Shown one piece after another: positions 55,690 through 64,000 of a DNA stretch of 64,000 nt (within the stretch, counting starts at the first letter, position 1; each line of letters begins with the position of its first letter). The notes below the pieces were generated by a model. It made no database searches, was not told the DNA's origin, and saw only the letters and a program-made list of their open reading frames with translations. The stretch spans positions 365,242,001 to 365,306,000 of the forward strand of contig OZ024741.1 in the NCBI GenBank assembly GCA_964016885.1. The letters run 5' to 3'. A program made the position numbers and the translations under genes. Source of the DNA: Eledone cirrhosa (lineage: Eukaryota).

Positions 55690-56040
55690 TATACAAGAAT
55701 CAAAATTCCCCAATAGGGAGGATAACCACACAAGGTCGATTCTGGTACCCCACCGATCTTGAACCAGCCGACGCTTCGAGGGCACCCGGGAAGGATAACC
55801 CTCTCCTCCTCAAATTCACCAGCCTACAGACGCATGATGAGAGTAGGCCCACTCACACGGGCCATTCTCTCCACATTCACCCACCTCTCAGCAAATGTAC
55901 TCATCTTCGTTTCCAAGTGAAATTTGAAAAGGTTGATGAGAAAAGTGTCTGACTTCAGTCCTTTCAACCTGGTCCACCATTCAACCTCTTTCGCTACTGC
56001 CACCAGACAGAGGAAAATTGCCTGCCATTCCTGGCCCAAA
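55690..56040 (-). mobile_element. L1/Tx1-like LINE 3' end
   Basis: LVAVAKEVEWWTR...FKFHL..FAERWVNV resembles a Tx1-type ORF2 C-terminus, followed by a short 3' UTR. Confidence 0.5.
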
Positions 56041-56409
56041 TAATAATAATAATGCTAAGATAAGGAAGAAGATGTGCGTGGTGGATAGATTGTTATGGAT
56101 TCGATCCCGTAATTTTTAATTTTTTTTTACATATTTAAAACAATTGTGATATCATTTTTATTGCAAATGGGACATAAGGCATCAGCCTTGGTTATCAGGA
56201 AGTGAGTTCCCATAATTCACTGGCATATCGCTCAAATATTTAATTTTGTATAAGAAATTTTAATTTCAAAAAAGAAAATGTTTACAAATGGAAGAAAACC
56301 CCTCTGCGTACACTTAATACAACAGCCAAATAACGGCAATTTCACCACCACCACTAATCTCAGCATAATAATAATAATTATTATCTCAAGTTTTCTCAAA
56401 ATGTTTCGT

Positions 56410-57345
56410 TCAAATATTAAGGAAAGATGTCACTCTGTATATTCAATATAAGTAAAAACCACAAAACTACGGAGATAACCTTTACTGCTGGAATGAAAAA
56501 TACAGAAAAAGCAAAGCAGGTAAAAGTAACTGCAAAGAAAGAACTACTACAGAAACTGGCTAAGAAATGGTAAGGAAAGCCTTTGTATGGAAAATACTCA
56601 GAAAGAGCTAACAATCCTGATATTGACAAAACTTTAACTCATCAGTGGTTGGCATCTCCTGGACTGAAATCGGAGACTGAAGGACTGATTATATCAGCAC
56701 AAGATCAGTGTCTGCCAACAAAAATTATCAAGCCAACATCATAAAAAATGGATGCAATCCATTATGTCATGTATGTAAAAAACAACCAGTGGCTATTGAT
56801 CATATAATCTCAATGTGCAGTCCTATAGCTTCAACCGAATGCATAAACAGGCATGGCAGCGTCACAATACATATATTGGGTAATGTGTAAACATTTTGAC
56901 CTGCCCCATGAAAAGAATTGGCGGGGCATCAATCAGGTCCCGTACTTGAAAAAGATCACATCTCAATTTTGTGGAACTTTAGCGTCCAAACAGACCGAAA
57001 AATAGATGCAAATAGACCTGATATAATACTCAAGGACTTTAAAAAAAGGGTATGCCTGCTAATTGACATGGGCGTTCCTATAAACAAGAATATATCTATA
57101 AAAGCATTTGAAAAATTGATCAAGTGTATAGACCTGGAAATAGAGATTGGAAAAATGCAGAAGTTGAGAACTAAAACAATACCAGTGGTTGTAGGCGCTC
57201 TAGGAATGGTACCTAAAGGGTCTAATGATTGCTTATCCCAAATCCCAGGAAACCTGCATATAGAAGAAGTTCAAAAGATAGTACCAATGGGAAATGCCTA
57301 TATACTAAGGAAGATTCTGTCAATAAAAGTACATCACAAGTGTAA
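56410..57345 (+). pseudogene. R4/Dong-like non-LTR retrotransposon C-terminus (CCHC plus RLE)
   Basis: GLKSETEGLIISAQDQ, CHVC..DHIISMC, RH, ILWNFSVQTDRKIDANRPDI, IPVVVGALG. Confidence 0.85.
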
Positions 57346-57509
57346 AAATCTAAAGATACATGCGTGTGTTTTTCCTTGAACATGGCAGACCTTGTTGTCT
57401 CTTGAGATCATTGCTTGTGACTTGGTGATAACTCGTATGAACATAAAGCAAGATATAAACATAAAGCAAGAGAAATAATAACAATAACATTCGCAGAATC
57501 AATGTAGGG

Positions 57510-58145
57510 GCATCGTGAAGAAAATGGCCAGGTGAGCAGAAAGGGTGCAAGCGTAAGTGCAAAGGTACGAAGGAGCAGCTTTTGATAGATAAAACAAAAC
57601 TTAAAGATAGCAAGAGGGGAAAACCAACTTCCGTATGGCGTGGATGGATTACCGCAAAACCTATGATATGATTCCGCACTCTTGCATTATGGAATGCATT
57701 AATTTATTTGGTATTGCATCAAATATTGAGCGATTCTTAAGGAAAAGTATGAAAGTGTGGAAGACTGAACTGACAGAATATGGAAGAAATTTTGGAACAA
57801 TAGAAATCGAGAGAGGTTAATTCCAAGGGAGCAACCTGTCACCACTGATGTTTTACTGTGCATAATACCACTGACAATGATTTTGAAAAAAGCTAAGGCT
57901 GGGTATGAATTCAAACGTCACCAGCAAAAAAAAAACACTTATTATTCAGGGACAATCTAAGGCTTTATATCTCAGCTGGGTTTCCTCGATGATACGGTGT
58001 ATACATTTTGTGCTGAAATCAGAATGGGGTTCGGGTTAAAAGGTGTGGTGTGTTAATCTTGAACAGAGGGGTTATGAAGCAAATAGAAAAGGAAGGTTGT
58101 AAGTACTTAGGGATATTGGATGTTGATAAGATAATGCAGGAAGTT
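57510..58145 (+). pseudogene. R4/Dong-like RT fragment
   Basis: [39 protein letters not shown]. Confidence 0.85.
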
Positions 58146-58149
58146 TGCG

Positions 58150-58990
58150 GAAGAACTGGGAATACAGTTTGAAAATAATAATGGCGATTCTACAACTAAA
58201 GCCGCAAAGAGTTGGTAAGATTTGAAGGCCAACTGAGACTGTGCACTAAACGGGAGCAAAGCCGACTGCATGGGCAGTATGTTCTCCGTAGCAAAGAAAC
58301 TGATGTAGATTAATATCTCATCTATCAGTGACTACGGAGTGCTAGGCTAAAGGCAAAGAGTGAAGGCTTCATTTTGGACCAATGTTCCAAACGCGCAACT
58401 TTCAAGCCGGTGCGATCAAAAATGGAACTGACCAAAAATATCGATTCTGTGACGACCAAGTTGAGACCATAGAACACCTGGTTTCAGGTTGCAAGCTATT
58501 ATCTGCCCAGGAATATAAAGCGAGTCATGATAGATCGGGACAATACTTACACTGGGTAATGTGCAGCTTTTATGGTCTTAAAAAGGAGGAGGAATGGTAT
58601 AACCATCACCCAGATGCAGTAACAAGAGGTGAGAATGCGACAATCCTCTGGGATTTCCATGTGAATACTGACAGAACAATCAAGGACAACAGACTTGATA
58701 TAATTATGAAGGACCATAAAGAAAAAGACGTGTTTCTTAATTAATTGTAATATCTCCTCGAAAGAGTCCGGAAAGCTCTGTAAGTATAAAGTTCTATCAA
58801 TTGAATTTGGAAAAATGGGGCATCTTAAGGCCTGTACAATACCAGTGATATCTGACGCACTTGGAATGATAAAAAAAAGTATTGAATCATATTTGGTACC
58901 GAATAACTGCAAAGTCATCGCTGCAAGAGATATAGAAAATAGGGGTAACTGGTACTACCCATGTACTAAGAATGGTATTATCAATTTAAA
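58150..58990 (+). pseudogene. R4/Dong-like C-terminus, second copy
   Basis: RFCDDQVETIEHLVSGC, HD, ILWDFHVNTDRTIKDNRLDI. Confidence 0.85.
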
Positions 58991-59099
58991 AACTTTGCAA
59001 GGACATTTACTGTTGTTTGTGCCCTTGTGGTATCATAAGTGTGACAATCGATTGTAAAATGTTTTATTATCAAATTTTGCCTTTCGTGACAGAATTAAT

Positions 59100-60362
59100 T
59101 AAGGCTCTGGCACTCAACATGCAAATATGAAAGAGAAGATAAAGAATGAATGTTACAGGAGAGCACGTGCAGTTCTGAGATCAGAACTAAATGCACATAA
59201 CAAGGTGTTAGCCATAAATTCCTTGGCAGTTCTAGTTGTCACTTATAGCTTCGATGTGTTGAACTAGAATATAAGTGAAATTAAAAGAATCGACTCCAAA
59301 ATTCGTACATTTCTAACTTGTAATAAGATGCACCTTTATTGTAGATCATCTTTATTTACTTAGAATTCAAGGAGGCCGGGACTTGATCCACTTTGAACTT
59401 ACTTACAAGATCAACACAATTTAACTGGCCAACTAGCTTGAAACAACAAACGACTGGGTGTTGAAACTCGTTGAAAAACTTGAGAGAAGTAGGAAGATTC
59501 ATTCTATGTTGAAGGAGATCAATAAATATGTTACTGATCTCCTGCTTGATACCCAGGTTGGACAGACTAAGGGAACAGTTGGAACTGATGCTGCTAAGAA
59601 TATAAAATTAATGGCAAAAGAAAAAGGACAAGAACAATTAGCATCAAAATGGGAGCAGAAACATCTGCATGGCGAATATGTGGCCTATAGCAAACAGGCT
59701 GCTGTTAGCCTGAAGCATAGGCGTCCGTGGCTACGTAACTCAGGGCTAAAACCAGAGAGCGGACATTATTGACACGAAACTACCAAGCCTATGTGATGAG
59801 AAATGGAGTAAATCCAAAGTGCCGATTCTGCAATGATGAGGTTAAAACAGTGGACCACTTAATCTCAGGATGAAAAGTTTAGCATCAGTAGAGTAGAAAG
59901 CTCGGCATGACAGAAATGGCCTATATCTACACTGGTTAATATCTCGGCATTATGAAATTAAAAACTACTGGCAAGTAGTAATAGTATCACCCTGAGGCTG
60001 TAACTGAAAGAGAAAAAGAAACGATTCTTTGGGAATTTCCATGTACATAATGACTGAACCATAAAAGCTAATAGATCAGATATTGTAAAATACCAACATA
60101 TTAATTGATATGAGCATCAACATCGTGGCAAAAGAATTTGACAAGCTAAGAAAATATAAAGATTTGCTCATTGAAATTGAAAAAGATATCGCGGCACCTC
60201 CAGGCCGTTACAATACCAGTGATTGTAGTAGAACTGGGAATGATAAAAAAGGGAATAGAACAGCATCTAAGAATGATCCATGGTTTACTATTTCTGCAAG
60301 AGATGCAAAACAGTGTTTTAACATGCACTGCGCACGTATTGAGAAGAATACTATCTCTGTGA
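59100..60362 (+). pseudogene. R4/Dong-like RT end plus C-terminus, third copy
   Basis: LRSELNAHNKVLAINSLA, GGRGL, LHGEY, GLKPES, CRFC..TVDHLISG, TIPVIVVELG; many stops. Confidence 0.85.
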
Positions 60363-60907
60363 GAATGATAACCCTCCATGTATGCCTTAGTTTATGTCTG
60401 GATGAGGGTGTGTTTGTGTGTGCATAGATATTTTTTTCATTTTTATTTTTACTATTTATATGTATGTATATATAGGCAGCGAAATGGCAGAGTCGTTGAG
60501 ACTGTACGGTGTTCGTCCCACCTCGTTGCGTTCGGATCCTGCCGTAGTCAACTTTGCTTTTCATCTTTTCGAGGTTGATAAAACCAAGTACCAGTAAGTA
60601 CTGGGGTCGATTCTTCCTCTACAGAAACATCGGCTGTGTTCAGACCTGGAGACGGTCGAGCTCTGACAGGTTTAACAGTACCCTAGGCATACCGTATGAC
60701 GGTACATCTACGACTCCACAAGGAGTTATGGCATCTTTATCCTATCGTTATCCCTATATGTATGTGTGTTGTATGTGTATATGTATGCATATATAGATAG
60801 GTGTGTATGTGTGTATATGTATATATACATAATTATGTATGTGTGTATATATATATGTATGTGTATATATATATATGTATATATATATATGTATATATAT
60901 ATATGTG

Positions 60908-60940
<33 letters not shown>

Positions 60941-62966
60941 TAAACTGTAAATATAATCAATATGGTGTGTTTACTGGCTTACCAATGTATACAGTGAGTT
61001 TATTTGCCCTAGGTGCCAGGAAGATACTCGGTAAAATAGGAAACAATACTGAAGAAAAAGGGAAAACAAACAATCATAATAGTAGTAGTAGTAGTAGTAG
61101 TATGTTTTGTTGTTGTTGTAGTAGTAGTAAGTAGTAGAATGACGATTGGGAATCATTACAAAGATCGCTTTCAAAGCACTATTGGTTTATATCCAGAGAA
61201 AAGTGTTTCTGGGTTCAGTCTCATTACTTGATATGTTTGACAAGTGTCTTCTACTATAACTTTAGGTTGACCAATGCCACATATACATACACACACACTC
61301 ACACACATACACACACACACATAGAGAGATATAGATGTGTGTATGCATGTGTATTTTGGCTGTGTCTGTGTTTCTGTCCTGTAACTTCACTTAATTTGAC
61401 AAAAAGGTATCGATAAAAATACCAGGCTTGAAAAAATACTCACTGTTGTCGATATATTCGACTAAGTCATGGTAATGGCCAAGCATGGCTGCAGAGCGAA
61501 ATAAAAGACAATATTTAAATTATTTATAAAGACTAGAAATCTACAAACCAAAGATTACATTACTCGAAAGCTAAAACATGTCACATCTACAATATATCCG
61601 TGAGCAGAGTTTAGACAAATATTTTGTACAATACACAATGGTTCACAAATGCGTTTCAAAAACTATAGGATATTCTACTACACTAAGATGACACAAGTCA
61701 AAAACAAACGCTGCATATAATTTACAAGCCAAGCCCAAAATGATGTAGGTGCACTGCATATACAGTTACAACATCAATTTCCGGCGCGTTTGGTTCCGGA
61801 TTTGTGCCGAATTATTCATTTTCCCCGAGTAACATAGTTTCTGTTACAATAATTCAAGGTAGATACCTAGAAAATTGCCGCTGCGTTATTCATGTTTTCG
61901 CTACGGAACATCTACCACCGGGCTGGGTGTAATAGGAGGGGTGGGGTGGCAAAGGGAGCAATTGTTCAGGTTCCCCTGTAGTGGGGCATTAGCGACGGTC
62001 GTAGCAATTTATTTGTGCCCCCAGCTGGGCTCTTTTAGTTTAAGGATGGTTAGAATTTTTTAATTTAATATCTATGTATAACTTTTCAATTCCAATTACT
62101 TGCGCCAAGTTAAATTTGATATGTAAAATTGGGGGATTTGCTGTGTATTCTAATTTAGTGTTATGAAATCCCCCCCCCCCAAAAAAAAACCCCCCTGAAG
62201 TGCCCCAGGCTCACCAAGGTCTAAATTTAACCCAGTTTACCACATGCACTTTTCTGTTCCTTAAAAATACTCTCCCTATAAAGATGTAAAACCATATATG
62301 TTTTCACACTTTCACTGTGTTTGGAAGCCATAAATAGTGATGAATATTAGTAAAATAGGATAAGAATGTTCGCAATTCACCAGCTGTTTATACCTAGGTA
62401 TGTAGATGATAGTAAATGAAACACAGGGCCACCTATGACCACCTAATAAACTCCTAGTTTAGTGGATGCATAAGAGTATGTTCGAATTTAAAGATGTGCC
62501 GAGTTATCTGTTGTTGAATAACAATAACAACAATAAACATGAAACTTATAGAAGGGTTTTAGTGCAAAACATTGATTCTATAAATGTTTGATTGAAAAGT
62601 AGGAAATATTTAGTGACCAGCCAAGGAAATATAAAACTGAAAACCATGTTAAAACGAGCAACAGCATCTTCAAATCAGGCCTCAATATATTGAAATAAAA
62701 AAGGATATAGTCAGGAATGTAGTTCAAGATGCTGTTGCAAAGACAATATGGTCCTGATTGGCTGATATATTTTTCTAGATCAAGGTCAACTTGTGAAGAA
62801 GAAGAAGAAGAAGAAGAAGAAGAAGAGCTACAACAACGACGACGATGAATCTCGACGATGCTGACAATAGTGATAATAGTTTTTAAGTTGTGCTCCAGAA
62901 AGGTTGTAGACTGGTAAAATTAGTGAAGTGTCGGATAAATGCTATTGCATTATTTGTTCTGTCTCA

Positions 62967-63186
62967 GGGCGGTGGTTCGGCAGTATCGGTAGAGGGTAAG
63001 ACGCCATGCTTTTCAGCATTGAGTTATGGCCCTTTACGGTCTGAGTTCAAATCCCATCGAGATTATCTTTGCCTTTCATCCCTATTGGGTCGATAAAATA
63101 AAGTACCAGTTACGCAATGGGGTCGATTTAATCGACTTTCCCCTCCTCCCAAATTACTAGCCTTGTGCTTATAGTAGAAACCATTA
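62967..63186 (+). mobile_element. SINE family 1, full length, followed by further decayed copies to ~63770
   Basis: Matches the consensus. Confidence 0.85.
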
Positions 63187-64000
63187 TTTGTTCTGGCTCT
63201 TTACATTCTGATTTCAAGTTCCTCCGAATTCAACCTTGTCTTTCATCATTCTGGGGTCGATGAAATATAGTACTGGTGTTTATTTAATCAACTTTGCTCC
63301 AAACTTTGCAGGAAGTGTGCCTAAATTAGAAATCTATTTATGCAAATGTACAACATTTTATGGGACAGGAAAGTCGATTAAATCGATCCTTTTACTTAAC
63401 CGGGGCTATATTTTGTAGATCCTGGAAGGATGAAAGACAAAATTAACCTTGGTGGGATTCGGTCTCAAAAAGTAAAGAACCGGAAATATTACCCGCGAGT
63501 ACTTTTTTCGATGTTCTATCTATTCTGCCAACCCTTCACTCCAATGGCAACAGTAATAAAGGTTTCTGATTGATGCATACGGCTGATAATTTAGGGGAAC
63601 CCAAAATTCAATCACGTTCTCACTATTTCAATATTTTATCGCCTCCTGGAAAAATAAAAGACAAATTTTAATTCTCTGGGATTTAAACTCAGAACGTAAA
63701 GAGATGGAACAAATATCATGAAATAATTTGTCCAACGCTCTAATGATTTTTCCTATTCACCACTCTAACGAGCACAGTAACAACATTATCAATATTGGTA
63801 CAGACAAAGGAACTCCACTTTATCAAGTTACGGTTTTATAGTTCCATTCAGCTTCCGAAATCTTATAACGTGTGGAAATGGCATTAATACACAATGTATT
63901 GTATTTGGTATATTTATTAATGATTATAAGGTAATGCCACAATTATTATCTGAGAAACAAAACAACCCGTAAATGCTGAAATAACATACTGCAACTCATT

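Overview
Eukaryotic, AT-rich, repeat-saturated intergenic or intronic DNA with no recognisable host gene. The SINE families and the very high (TA)n/(CA)n/(GA)n load suggest an octopus genome (inference). Contents: two decayed Naiad-type Penelope-like retroelements (PLEs; RT plus GIY-YIG), two further PLE RT fragments, RTE, CR1-like, CRE-like, Tx1-like and R4/Dong-like LINE fragments, a mariner fragment, non-autonomous Helitrons, a hAT MITE, about 30 tRNA-derived SINEs, a 56-bp satellite with an 840-bp higher-order unit and a C-rich minisatellite. The main hidden signal is roughly 20 intact or decayed type I hammerhead ribozyme (HHR) motifs from more than ten unrelated non-coding families, nearly all abutting (TA)n. 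Three to four of these families are 300-470-nt retrozyme-like monomers sharing the order terminal hairpin, ATGCAAAT octamer, then HHR 80-100 nt downstream. Five or six others share a conserved ACTC...GAGT(G/A)CT tail after the HHR. All folds and alignments were done by eye, and most element boundaries are approximate.
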